DNA of 41,591 nucleotides from Octopus bimaculoides (lineage: Eukaryota), in contig NC_068983.1 in assembly GCF_001194135.2 (NCBI RefSeq), positions 158,493,121-158,534,711 of the forward strand. Direction: 5' to 3'. Under the pieces are notes generated by a model. The model did no database searches. It saw only the letters and a program-made list of their open reading frames with translations, and was not told where the DNA came from. The translations under genes were made by a program, and so were the position numbers. How positions within the stretch are numbered: the stretch's first letter is position 1; every line of letters begins with the position of its first letter. Positions 24,941 through 36,159 of the stretch are shown one piece after another.

Positions 24941-25853
24941 NNNNNNNNNNNNNNNNNNNNNNNNNNNNNNNNNNNNNNNNNNNNNNNNNNNNNNNNNNNN
25001 NNNNNNNNNNNNNNNNNNNNNNNNNNNNNNNNNNNNNNNNNNNNNNNNNNNNNNNNNNNNNNNNNNNNNNNNNNNNNNNNNNNNNNNNNNNNNNNNNNNN
25101 NNNNNNNNNNNNNNNNNNNNNNNNNNNNNNNNNNNNNNNNNNNNNNNNNNNNNNNNNNNNNNNNNNNNNNNNNNNNNNNNNNNNNNNNNNNNNNNNNNNN
25201 NNNNNNNNNNNNNNNNNNNNNNNNNNNNNNNNNNNNNNNNNNNNNNNNNNNNNNNNNNNNNNNNNNNNNNNNNNNNNNNNNNNNNNNNNNNNNNNNNNNN
25301 NNNNNNNNNNNNNNNNNNNNNNNNNNNNNNNNNNNNNNNNNNNNNNNNNNNNNNNNNNNNNNNNNNNNNNNNNNNNNNNNNNNNNNNNNNNNNNNNNNNN
25401 NNNNNNNNNNNNNNNNNNNNNNNNNNNNNNNNNNNNNNNNNNNNNNNNNNNNNNNNNNNNNNNNNNNNNNNNNNNNNNNNNNNNNNNNNNNNNNNNNNNN
25501 NNNNNNNNNNNNNNNNNNNNNNNNNNNNNNNNNNNNNNNNNNNNNNNNNNNNNNNNNNNNNNNNNNNNNNNNNNNNNNNNNNNNNNNNNNNNNNNNNNNN
25601 NNNNNNNNNNNNNNNNNNNNNNNNNNNNNNNNNNNNNNNNNNNNNNNNNNNNNNNNNNNNNNNNNNNNNNNNNNNNNNNNNNNNNNNNNNNNNNNNNNNN
25701 NNNNNNNNNNNNNNNNNNNNNNNNNNNNNNNNNNNNNNNNNNNNNNNNNNNNNNNNNNNNNNNNNNNNNNNNNNNNNNNNNNNNNNNNNNNNNNNNNNNN
25801 NNNNNNNNNNNNNNNNNNNNNNNNNNNNNNNNNNNNNNNNNNNNNNNNNNNNN
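24941..25853. other. Largest assembly gap (N run); others at 11133-11637, 12913-13176, 13478-13488, 18215-18562, 19436-19616, 23141-23174, 28747-29039, 30701-30807, 36271-36619
   Basis: Direct read; most gaps abut microsatellites or SINEs. Confidence 0.95.
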
Positions 25854-26014
25854 GTATATATATATAAATTTAATCACCACATCAAGGTGGCTGTTACTAG
25901 TAGTTTAACTCCAGGCAGGTCTTCCACCGGCTGTTTTTTGGTGCAGCCTGCACCCTGTACATACATATACATTGCTAGCAGGGAAACGAACCCCTACCAT
26001 CCTCTAGCAGACTA

Positions 26015-26075
26015 CAGGATCCCGAGACTAACTCAGTTTCGAGCCGGTTGGCTCATTATCAGTCGCGATCACCTG
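26015..26075 (-). ncRNA. Type I hammerhead ribozyme motif with extended stem I and a G8A core variant
   Basis: Minus: caggugaucgcga-CUGAUAA-u-gagcc-aacc-ggcuc-GAAA-cugaguua-GUC-ucgggauccug; perfect 5-bp stem II, stem III acug/uagu, GUC triplet, stem I of 3+4+3 bp with a mismatch and a bulge. Confidence 0.7.
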
Positions 26076-26103
26076 GTCGCCAAAGATACATACATACATA
26101 CAT

Positions 26104-26138
<35 letters not shown>

Positions 26139-27418
26139 CGCACGCGCACGTAGACACACATACAAACATACATACATACATACGTGCGTACGTACATACG
26201 TACGAGCTCACACACGCGCATGCGCGATTTAGAGGCCATCTTGCTGGGAAAATGGTAGTGATACAGTGTAAGCTTGACCAGTCTGTGTGGCATGTATCTA
26301 TTGGCAGTTTGCCAGATCCATCCGCCACAGAACTACTAAATAACCTCTATTCACATTGGTTTCTCTGCTGAGCTGCGTAACCAAACCAGTATGCTCCAAG
26401 CAGCCAAGAACAACAGCGATACACTTTTCTGCACAGATTTAATATTGCTATTGTTAAGGTCGAACTCAGACACTTTTCGGAAAAGGATGCTGAAAAAAAT
26501 CAACGCTCAGCAACGCTCAGCATACTCCTTCAGCACAGCTTCCCTGCTCAGCAACTCTCCCCCTTCGCCACATCACCTTCAAGATCTAAAGACGTTTGAG
26601 GATCACCAGGAGACGCTTATACACTGAACAAGGTACATTACAGTGACCAAGAGTAGAGACTAAGCGTGCTTCATTTGATGACCTTTCAACCTACTTCAGA
26701 CTTGCCAATGGAATTGAGCTGATGAAAGCCTTATTGAGTTCAAGTTCTTTTTCTCTCGTCGGATCCCTTAGAGTAGTCCTTCTCAAACTTTTTTTCATTA
26801 TTGTTCCTTTTCTTTAGCTAACGCTTTCTCCCAACGCCTTCTTACTATGAAACAAGATCCCCACTATCACCATTTATAACATAAATATACGTTATATCAG
26901 TCTAGGATAATTTAATTTAATGTCCTGTTGCCAAAGCAACATCCTACCCTAAGCTAACTGATGCATTAACGTTTGAACTTAGTTATCAACCCAACTTTAG
27001 CATGTCTTCGGCCAAAGTCAAGTACGTATTTTCTGTGCTTCATATATACTCGAGTAACTACCTCATATTTATCTCTATATTCCGATTATAATCGCAGACG
27101 TATGTATTGATTTTTCTGTCCACGTGCGAGTTTACACACGTCTGTTTCTACACGTAAGGAGATTATGCTACAAATTAGCCAGAATCAAGCATGGACATGT
27201 GCATGTATATTCATATACAAGTCAGGGTGTTACCTAAACCTACAACAACAGTGGCCGACCTTATTGCATAGAAGGAAATACCTACAAATTTTGACAATGT
27301 CTTATATTATACTTTAGCTCATTATCTATAATTTACATGCGTAAGTGATATATACTCAGTGTTGTTTATTTACGTATTCACATTTCGATGGTTATTGTTA
27401 TTATTAATATTATTCCAA

Positions 27419-27625
27419 AGGCGGCGAGCTGGCAGAATCGTTAGCACGCCGGTCAAAATGTTTAGTGGCATTTCGTCCGTCTTTACGTTCTGAGTTCAAA
27501 TTCTGTCGAGGTCGACTTTGCCTTTCGGGTTCGATGAAACAAGTACCAGTTGAATACTGGGTCGATGTGATTGACTCATCCTCTCTCTCCCCAAATTGCT
27601 GCCCTTGTGGCAAAATTTGAAACCA
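27419..27625 (+). mobile_element. SINE family C
   Basis: Head aggcggcgagctggcagaatcgttagcacgcc, gagttcaaattc B-box-like motif, tail ttgaaacca. Confidence 0.85.
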
Positions 27626-27797
27626 TTTTTATTCTTCTTCGTGTTGTCATTATTGTGATTGTAGCTATCAAGTAGTTTATAATATTACTTTTCATTTGTT
27701 TTTAAGTTAGTATTTAAAGAAGAAACAAAGACTTAATTAAAAAAAGCTCGCCAGAAGCATCTGTCGTCCCTGTGACCCCTTTTATCCTCAGTTCACA

Positions 27798-28160
27798 TAT
27801 AAGGCAGGGGCGACGTCGAAGAATCCCAGCGAGCAGACAGACGTGTTAAAATATGTGGGCGCGACCGAAGTTTTTCTCAAGACCAGATTTAGCAGCTATA
27901 AGCCCTCCTTTAATAACCAGGAGGCGAAATGTCCTACCTGTAGTTAGGCTTATGGTCGTTGATAGAAAGTGCCACCGATCACAAACCTCATCAAGTGGAA
28001 AGTACTGGAGAAGTGCAAATCTTACTTCAGTAGCAGGAGGAGGAGGACGACAAGGAGCAAGCTCTGCTCTGCGGAGAAAAAAAAATTGTATAAAAGAATT
28101 ATTAAACTGAAAGAGCGAAATTTTCCGACCCTGCCTGCATGGACGGTGATATGTATTTGG
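27798..28160 (+). mobile_element. Penelope-like element GIY-YIG endonuclease relic
   Basis: One frame with stops: YKA...YVGATEVFLKTRFSSYKPSFNN...IKWKVLEKCKSY...KLCSAEK, then LLN*KSEIFRPC in another frame; typical PLE endonuclease C-terminal motifs. Confidence 0.75.
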
Positions 28161-29198
28161 ATACAAGTGGACCGCGGCATAAATATAAACGTCAGAGCCT
28201 CTACCATCAGTACTTCCCATCAACATAATCTGAAGTTTCAGCATAAGCTTTGCCACATCCAGCTTATTACATACATATACACACATGCACATACATGTCC
28301 CCAATCTCTCATTCTCCGCATACATATTTATTCCATCCCGCCTGTACCCACCCTTAATTCTATGCTGTAGGCACTTAACCATTATACCGTGGTGGCACTG
28401 TCTGATCCTTATCCAAATGGCATACTTATGACATAATTTCTCCTCTGAAGGTTTTCGTACGCCCGTTTTTTTCTTTTTTTTTTTTTTTTTCGCTTAGACC
28501 TTTTTTCAATTTTGCTACACCCACAAACCGGATGTGACACTGACTGACGTTCACAGGCAAAAGTCGTCGACATAATCTTCCTATCAAGCTCTTCTGACGA
28601 GAGCCGCTGGGTTATTTTTATTTCCTTTTTCTTTCCAGAATTCTCGTGTTCGAAATCGATTGATAAAGTTGGCTGAAATGGATATATAATACTGTAATAT
28701 ATGTATATATGCATATATATACATATACATATACATACATGCATACNNNNNNNNNNNNNNNNNNNNNNNNNNNNNNNNNNNNNNNNNNNNNNNNNNNNNN
28801 NNNNNNNNNNNNNNNNNNNNNNNNNNNNNNNNNNNNNNNNNNNNNNNNNNNNNNNNNNNNNNNNNNNNNNNNNNNNNNNNNNNNNNNNNNNNNNNNNNNN
28901 NNNNNNNNNNNNNNNNNNNNNNNNNNNNNNNNNNNNNNNNNNNNNNNNNNNNNNNNNNNNNNNNNNNNNNNNNNNNNNNNNNNNNNNNNNNNNNNNNNNN
29001 NNNNNNNNNNNNNNNNNNNNNNNNNNNNNNNNNNNNNNNCATGTAAAACACATACTTTTATATACATATATGCATACATACATATATGCATATATATATA
29101 TATACATACATACACACATACATACATACATACATACATACATACATGCATGCATACATACATACATACATACATACATACATACATACATACATACA

Positions 29199-29229
<31 letters not shown>

Positions 29230-29378
29230 GGAATAAGAAACTGGTTCCGCAGAATCAAGCAGAACTGACAAGCGCTCTAGTCGAGGAACAGGCTATCAGA
29301 TCACAGTAATTAAATTATGATGTAATTTCACATGACTGAACATCTGAAAGTCCAACCTACAGAAATATTCCTCTGTAG

Positions 29379-29420
29379 AGTATACACATCTACGCATCGG
29401 AGATAACGATGTAACTCGGG
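29379..29420 (+). CDS. Candidate exon (YTHLRIGDNDVTR)
   Basis: Acceptor tattcctctgtag, donor gtaact, 42 nt, single open frame (phase 1 to 1). Confidence 0.3.
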
Positions 29421-29699
29421 GTAACTTCTGAAGCAGTTATAACCATGCGGAAATATTAAATCCCGTTTTCTTTTTCTTTTTTTTTTTTGCTTATACATAT
29501 TTACACACACACATATATGTATATATGATAGGCCCTTCTTAGTAAACGTTGAACATGAATCTATGAATCTACACGTTTGTGCAAAGCTGAGTAGCAATCT
29601 ATTGAGAAAGACAGAGTTGATGATATATGTCTCATCTCTCTACTCCATATATGTATGTATAAATTTAGGAATGGATGTAAGTGAACGTTTATATTATAC

Positions 29700-30208
29700 C
29701 AGGGGTGGGGAAGGCCTCGACCGCGGGTACAATTGCGCCCGCGAGCCCATTTAATTGCGCCTGCAGGCTGGTATACTTGTATGTACAAAATATAGTAAAT
29801 TTTTCAATTATAAAATTTATACAATATTCGTAAGCCTATTTGCGACAATAGGTTGCGTTTCCACTACGACTTAAAACGGTTAGACTCGAAAAGAAAATCG
29901 TCCGGTAATTGCCATTTTAATGAAAATTTTGCTAGGTTTGTACCACCCACTGAGACTCAACTACACTCTAGCTGAAAAATATAGAATACCTCATAAGTAG
30001 TATAAACGTCCTAAATTCAGTGGCGGCGTTAATGAAAATGTCACGCGTTAATTTAATGTCTTAAACTTATCTTTATTAATGTGTCTCGAATTATATATAG
30101 ATATATAAAAGATTTACACAGATACAAGACTTAGAACTTGTGATCCGCCCGCGGACTTTTTTCTCTGAAAATTTTTGCCCGCCGCACTAAAAAGTTTCTC
30201 CACCCCTG
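29700..30208. mobile_element. Non-autonomous hAT MITE
   Basis: TIRs caggggtggggaa / tttctccacccctg; subterminal gcccgc motifs at both ends; degenerate 8-bp TSD tattatac / tattacag. Confidence 0.8.
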
Positions 30209-30447
30209 TATTACAGACACACACACACACACACATGGTAATCTCTCGGGCCCAAGAAAGCCGGGTCTGCAATTTCTTGCGCGGATAATTTGTTTATAGT
30301 TATAAAATGTTTGCGTTAGACATAAGTTCACTCGTTCCATCAAATCGACAATGCCATTACAAATGCACAGGTGTGTCACTCGTCAGTTGTCGAAGTGCTT
30401 GCACAGGAACATGAAATGAAATATCCATGGAATGAAATATTCACACA

Positions 30448-30559
30448 TGAAATGAAGTGTTTTGCTTCAGAACACAAAGCATCGCCCGGTGCAGGAATCA
30501 AACCCATCACCTTGCTTTCGTGAGTGCAACACCTCAATGATTAGGCCAAGCACCCCCAC
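30448..30559 (-). mobile_element. SINE family D head, degenerate
   Basis: tgaaatgaagtgttttgct...gaacaca..gcatcgcccggt..aggaatc matches 4655-4768. Confidence 0.65.
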
Positions 30560-30807
30560 ATATACACACACACATTATATGTATGCACATACGTATATAT
30601 AAACATATACATGGATATTTCTTGAACATTCTTTATCAACAACAACAATAATTATTATTTCTACTGAAAGCACAAGGTCTTGAAATTTTGTGGAGTGGAG
30701 NNNNNNNNNNNNNNNNNNNNNNNNNNNNNNNNNNNNNNNNNNNNNNNNNNNNNNNNNNNNNNNNNNNNNNNNNNNNNNNNNNNNNNNNNNNNNNNNNNNN
30801 NNNNNNN

Positions 30808-31160
30808 TCGATTATATCGACCCCAGTGCGTAACTGGTACTTAATTTATCGACCCCGAAAGGATGAAAGGCAATGTCGACCTCGGCGGAATTTGAACTCG
30901 GAACGTAACGGCAGACGAAATATCCAATTCAATTCTTTATTGCCCAAAAGGGGCTAAACATAGAAGGGACAAACAAGGACAGACAAAGGGATTAAGTCGA
31001 TTATATCGACCCCAGTGCGTAACTGGTACTTAATTTATCGACCCCGAAAGGATGAAAGGCAATGTCGACCTCGGCGGAATTTGAACTCAGAACGTAACAG
31101 CAGACGAAATATCGCTAAGCATTTCCCCGACGTGCTAACGGTTCTGCCAACTCGCCGCCT
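30808..31160 (-). mobile_element. Two tandem SINE family C copies (30808-30924 partial, 30925-31160 full)
   Basis: The shared 117 bp differ at 2 positions. Confidence 0.85.
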
Positions 31161-31717
31161 TAATGATGATAAAATTAACTACTTTGACCCCTTTAGAAAA
31201 ATTGGTTCTGCTATCTATATAGTTGTCTGAGAATCCAAAGAACCAATTTTTCGAAGTAGTTCATATTCTTTTCATTATTACAGAATGTTCAAGAAATATT
31301 ACAACTCATGTTTTCCCTTCATTGTGTTGTAAACGAAATTATTCACAGACGGGCGTGATAAAATTTAGTTAAGTTCTAACTGCAATATATAAAGGGACAT
31401 AACCGTTTCTGGTTATATCCCTTTAATTTTTGTCCCGTATTCCCTTAGAAATATTTATGTGCTCCAGATTTTAATAATTTGGCCTAATTATCCAGCCAAC
31501 CGCTTCTACGATAGCATCTTAGAAACATTGTAACTAATAATCCGCATCGCCCTTTCTTTTTCAATAATTTTTTCTTTTTGTTCTGTTAATGCATAACGGG
31601 GTTTGAAAGAACAGTCTTTTGATGGCTATTTTTATTGTATATTGTTTGAATTGAAGGACGGGAAGAAAAGCAAACACCGTGAAATATTTTAACTCAATGA
31701 ATTGATTTCTCGTTTAG

Positions 31718-31834
31718 ATACTAGGAGAACGGCAGATGGTCTGGTCGATAGAGGTATCAAACTACGAGCAGTTTGTAACCCGCTAAAGCGTCAGGCTTCA
31801 AATGACCCACTCAACCTAATTAGAGGTTCTATGA
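31718..31834 (+). CDS. Candidate exon (TRRTADGLVDRGIKLRAVCNPLKRQASNDPLNLIRGSM)
   Basis: Acceptor ttgatttctcgtttag, donor gtaagt, 117 nt open in phase 1, higher GC than the flanks. Confidence 0.45.
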
Positions 31835-32099
31835 GTAAGTAGCAGATGTATAAATTCTTTGAACTAAACTCCAGACCCCGAAACGGGCTCCATTAATATG
31901 CTGTATGAATATGAATAGAAAATATATACGGGGTCATATTCATATGTATTTCGACTCCTGCTGAAAAAGGCCTGCAATGGCCTTTTTGACAGTTTCGGAT
32001 AAATATCGACCGACCGGGTTCATTGTTATTTAATTATTCATCAAGATTCGCTCGCCTCTCCCTTCCAAATTGCCGATGAGCATTCACAAAGGCTATTTA

Positions 32100-32400
32100 T
32101 TGATTTCAAATTTTGACACAAAGCCAGCACGTTCGGGAAGGGAATGAGTCAATTACATTGACCCCAGTGCTCAACTAATTGTACTGACCCCGAAAGGAAG
32201 AAAGGCAAAGTCTACCTCGGCGGAATTTGATTTCAGAACGTGAAGACGGACGGAATACCACTAAGTATTTTGCCAGGCGTGCATACGTTTCTGCCAGTTC
32301 GCCACCATATTCATAAAGACTATTTATTGGATTCACATTTTGGCACAAAGCCAGCAATTTCGAGGGAGGGGCTAGGTCAATTACTTCGGCTCCAATGTTT
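32100..32400 (-). mobile_element. SINE family C copy plus a second 3' fragment
   Basis: ttttgacacaaagccagca...gaccccagtgctcaact...cctcggcggaatttga...cagaacg; second tail at 32335-32400. Confidence 0.7.
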
Positions 32401-32406
32401 AACCGA

Positions 32407-32518
32407 TACTTACCCCGACTATTGTTAGGCTCTCAACCTTGTATGTTCATAACATGAACCTTGTATACTTACCCCGACTATTGTTAGGCTCTCAACCTTG
32501 TATGTTCATAACATGAAC
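32407..32518. repeat. 53-bp identical direct duplication (period 59)
   Basis: 32407-32459 = 32466-32518. Confidence 0.9.
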
Positions 32519-33085
32519 AAGCAAGAAAAAACAACAACGCGAGGACGTGGAATAAGCGCAGTGTTATTGGACGCTCAGGAAAGGAAAGAAAAGAAAGAGG
32601 ATTTCCCGTTTCGAGCGGAGCTCTTCATCAGAAATATAAAAAAAAAGTCCAAAGAAGGGAAGACGGAGAAAGAAAATTGCCAACGATACACACGCGGTCG
32701 CATATTGAAATGACCGGAAGGGAAAGGGTGGAGAAAAAGTTAGAAGGGAATGAAGGTGTTGGCGGAAGGAGTGGAGGTCAGGCATAGTGAGAGAGTGTGA
32801 ATGTCATGGTTGGCGACAAAAAGAGAAAATGGAAGTAGAAAGAAGAAAGGTAGAAGGAGGACGAGAAAAAATGGAAGAGTCACGGACGGATTATGATGAT
32901 TTCCAATTAAAGAGTGGCGTAATCCGAATGAACAGGAACTGGTATCTCCAAAGGAACTGGTATTTCCAGGAATTGGTATCTCTAAAGTCAGTCAAAAGGC
33001 CGGAGTCTGTGTGAGCGTGCGGTATTTAGTCAATTCAAACATGAACAAGCAAGAAAAAAACACGAAAAAACAACAACGCGAGATC
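32511..33085 (-). mobile_element. Penelope-like element fragment bounded by short direct repeats (pLTR-like)
   Basis: acatgaacaagcaagaaaaaac...aacaacgcgag at 32511 and about 33039; contains an HHR motif. The PLE call is inferred. Confidence 0.55.
32601..32635 (-). ncRNA. Minimal type I hammerhead motif, cleavage triplet mutated
   Basis: Minus: auuu-CUGAUGA-a-gagc-ucc-gcuc-GAAAC-ggg-aaau; stems I and II are intact, but there is no NUH triplet. Confidence 0.6.
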
Positions 33086-33361
33086 CATCTCCATTGTCAT
33101 GGAACCTCGCTCAGAAAAAAAAAAAAAAACTGTTCTCTTCTAGACAAATCCCACCAAAAACATCTGTTTTATATAAATGAACAAGCTGTTTGTACATTCA
33201 CAAAAATTTATTTGACAAGTTCGAGAAAGGAACGAAAGCCCTAAAAATAATGAAGAAATAAAAAGATTTTTTTCCAAAATTCTGACGACTTTTTTGTTTT
33301 GAGTGCACACACACACACACACACATACATATATATATATACATACATACATACATACATA

Positions 33362-34600
33362 CACTTCGTTTCAAATTATCAACGACGTAACATTTGTTTA
33401 TTTAAAAACTACCCATTGAAATTCAACGAAATTGCCACAGAATGATGGCAATAGTTGTATGTGCTCGGTGTATAAAAGCGTGAGGTTTTGCGCAAGTGTA
33501 AATAAACTGCGTCCATTTGCATGATTTCCACGAACTTTCAGTGTTCCAAATTATTAACGAGTCTGGTAATCGTGTAATTATAGGTCGTAAATGTGAGTTA
33601 ATTGTTTCAGAGAAATCTGTTATTACTTTTGAACTTACAAAAGGTAAATCAACATTAGAAATATCTAAAATAATTGGAAAATATCACTAAACTGTGAAAA
33701 GATTTGTTACAGCTTCTACGAGGATACATAAGAGAGCCGACAAGGGTTAGTTGAGGGCTGTTTCGCAACGTTCTCTGTCACGAATTAGACGTGAAGCCGT
33801 AAAGAAGCCAGGTCTTATAAGTGGGGAATTTTTTCAAACACATTGGTGATGTCGTCTTCAACGCCTCCTTTAAACAAAATACGTATACAAAATCGTCTGA
33901 AATGTGTAGAAGATCACCTTTACAAAAGTTTCGTTTACGGACGAAACTCGTGCTACCCTTGATGGACCTAATGGTGGAGAAAGGGATGGAAGTACCTGAC
34001 GGTGTTAAAATGACTGCAGATGCTAACATAGCCTTTCTGAAGGAGCACCTCGAACCTTGGCTAAAAAAGAAAAATATCACCTTCAAGACAACCATAATAT
34101 TCGAGAACGGATGCTAATCTAGGAGCAAGGGTGAACTGTAGCAGACGATAGCGGATGTATCCTGTGGTATAACATCAGAAGAGATTCAGAAATTTGCACG
34201 TTCCATGGACCAGCGCCTTTTCCAACTTATTTCAAATAAACGCTCATACATCCTTTACTAACCAGCTCACCTATCATTTTTGAACGCTGTTTATTTGTTT
34301 ATTTCTATTTTTTCCATGTATATGTTCATTTCAGTATGTACATCAAACAATTAAATTGGTATTTTCTTATTTACATGAGTTTTAATTACATCTCGCTAAT
34401 AATTTGAAACAATGAAAATTTACGTAAATTTGGTAAATGGCCATGGTTTCTGTGTTGTTTTATAGAACCTCACGTTTTTTTTACTCACCACGCGCAAATA
34501 ACTGTTGCTGTCATTCTGTGAAAATTTCGTAAAATTCCAATGAGAAGTTTTGAAATAAAAGTTTTAAAAATTTACGTCGTTAATAATTTGAAACGCAATG
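33362..34600 (+). mobile_element. Tc1-family DNA transposon, internally deleted, with IR/DR ends
   Basis: TA TSD at 33360-33361 and 34601-34602; ends cacttcgtttcaaattat / ataatttgaaacgcaatg; transposase relics SEKSVITFELTKGKSTLEISKIIG (HTH), FTDETRATLDGP (first D), VPDGVKMT...KKKNITFKTTIIF, SMDQRLFQLISNK. Confidence 0.88.
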
Positions 34601-34879
34601 TAATTACAGGTACACTCCATTTCCTCAATAGTTTCATTTTATTAGCAATTTGATAAATATAGTTTGCAGTAACATTTATAAAAGCAAAGCAACAGTGGAG
34701 GAATAAAAAATCAGGTTGAGTAAAAAGTAAACAACGTTTTGAACCATGAAGAATTTGTACCGGATTTCTGCAGCTTTGACTTTTTTTAAAACATTTTTTT
34801 ACAATTGTCTGATAATACAGACATAGACTTGCTCAAATGCATTAATAAATTAACATTAAATTTTTCACATATTTTACAA

Positions 34880-35130
34880 TCATCTTATGTATCCTACACG
34901 GATCACAAATTAGTGACGTGTAAGATCCAGATAGATAAGGTACATAGACAAGGATCTGGTTACTGGAAGTTGAACAAGTCTCTTTTGGCTTGTAAAACTT
35001 ACCAGGACCAGATTAGGCTGTTAGTTCAGAGGACATTGACCGGCACCGTGTTGAATAACCGATGGTGGCTTTCCCTCAAAAGAGCCATTCGATTTGAATC
35101 TCTTAGATTTAGCAAGCAGTTAAGTATTTT
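34880..35130 (+). mobile_element. Tx1/L1-clade LINE ORF2 fragment (end of APE endonuclease domain)
   Basis: YTDHKLVTCKIQIDKVHRQGSGYWKLNKSLL matches the SDH..V.......G.GYWKLN.SLL motif. Confidence 0.75.
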
Positions 35131-35287
35131 GTCTGCAAGAAAGCACGTGTTGACAAATATATTCTATTCATTGAGGTGGTGGTGAGATGTTCTAAAAGTA
35201 ACAGCTAAATAGGCCTTAAATCACGCATCCCAATTTTTTTGCTTTAGTATTTGCATAATCGTATGAATTCTCGTGTACAGAACACTA

Positions 35288-36054
35288 GGTACTATTCAAG
35301 AAGAGTGGTCCCGGTGCGCGCACTCGCGCATCCGCACTAGCGAGTCGTGACTAGTCGATCCTACGACTACCTAGCGCGAGTGCGTGTCATGTGCAAAACA
35401 TGTATGAGGGTTTTTTCTAAACAAAGTAAATAATTTTTTTTACACAAAGCAAATAATGTTTTTTAAACAAAGTAAATAAATTATACACTACCTGTTTTTG
35501 GTAAAGAGTCCATTAAAAAAGTCGGTCTTTCAAAATCTACCGTTGTTCAATGGTATCAGAACATGAGGGACATTACAAGTAATTATCTTTTGCGTAACCC
35601 CTACTTGGGCACATCGTAGAAATAGATGAATCTATGATGTGCAAGCGCAAATACAACGGAGGATGGGATTAGAGAGGATAAAAATAGGTTTTTAGTTTTT
35701 GTACCTGACCGTTCTTCTGGAACTCTTCTACCACTTATTAAAAAATTTATCAAACCAGGGACGACTATATATTCTGATTGTTGGAGTTGTACAATGGGAT
35801 TACTGAAATAGACGTGACGCCAAAATACTCCCTGGAAGAACGTAAAACGACGTTTTAAGAGTAAGATGGGGAAGATTCAACAAAAAAAAAATATTCACTT
35901 TGTGCTTTATTTACTTTGTTTTAAAACAACCCTCATACATGTTTTGCGCATACGCGCATTCGCGCTAGGTAGTCGTTATAGGATCGACTAGTCACGAATA
36001 GCTAGCGCGGATGCGCGAGTGCGCGCACCGGGACCACTCTTCTTGAATAGTACC
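35288..36054 (+). mobile_element. Merlin (IS1016/ISXO2-like) DNA transposon derivative with ~145-bp TIRs
   Basis: TIRs begin GGTACTATTCAAGAAGAGTGG; degenerate 8-bp TSD gaacacta / gaatacaa; relics GHIVEIDESMMCKRKYN (35607), FLVFVPDRSSGTLLPLIKKFIKPGTTIYSDCW (35689-35784), WKNVKRRFKSKMG. Confidence 0.88.
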
Positions 36055-36159
36055 GAATACAAATTTCAATCATTTTCTGAAAATTTCAAAACAATAAATT
36101 ATGAGGGGTTGTATGGCATGCGTAAAAAAGAATTCCGCCAGTATTTCATTTGTTTACAG

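Noticed and set aside
26391-26627. 78-aa ORF or possible exon after the acceptor at 26436
   Set aside because: Two frames are open, there is an internal 10-bp duplication, no clear donor, and no recognisable homology; it may be retroelement debris.
31955-32000. Hairpin flanked by CUGCUGA (plus) and GAAACuGUC (minus)
   Set aside because: The two half-cores are on opposite strands, so neither strand has a full hammerhead core.
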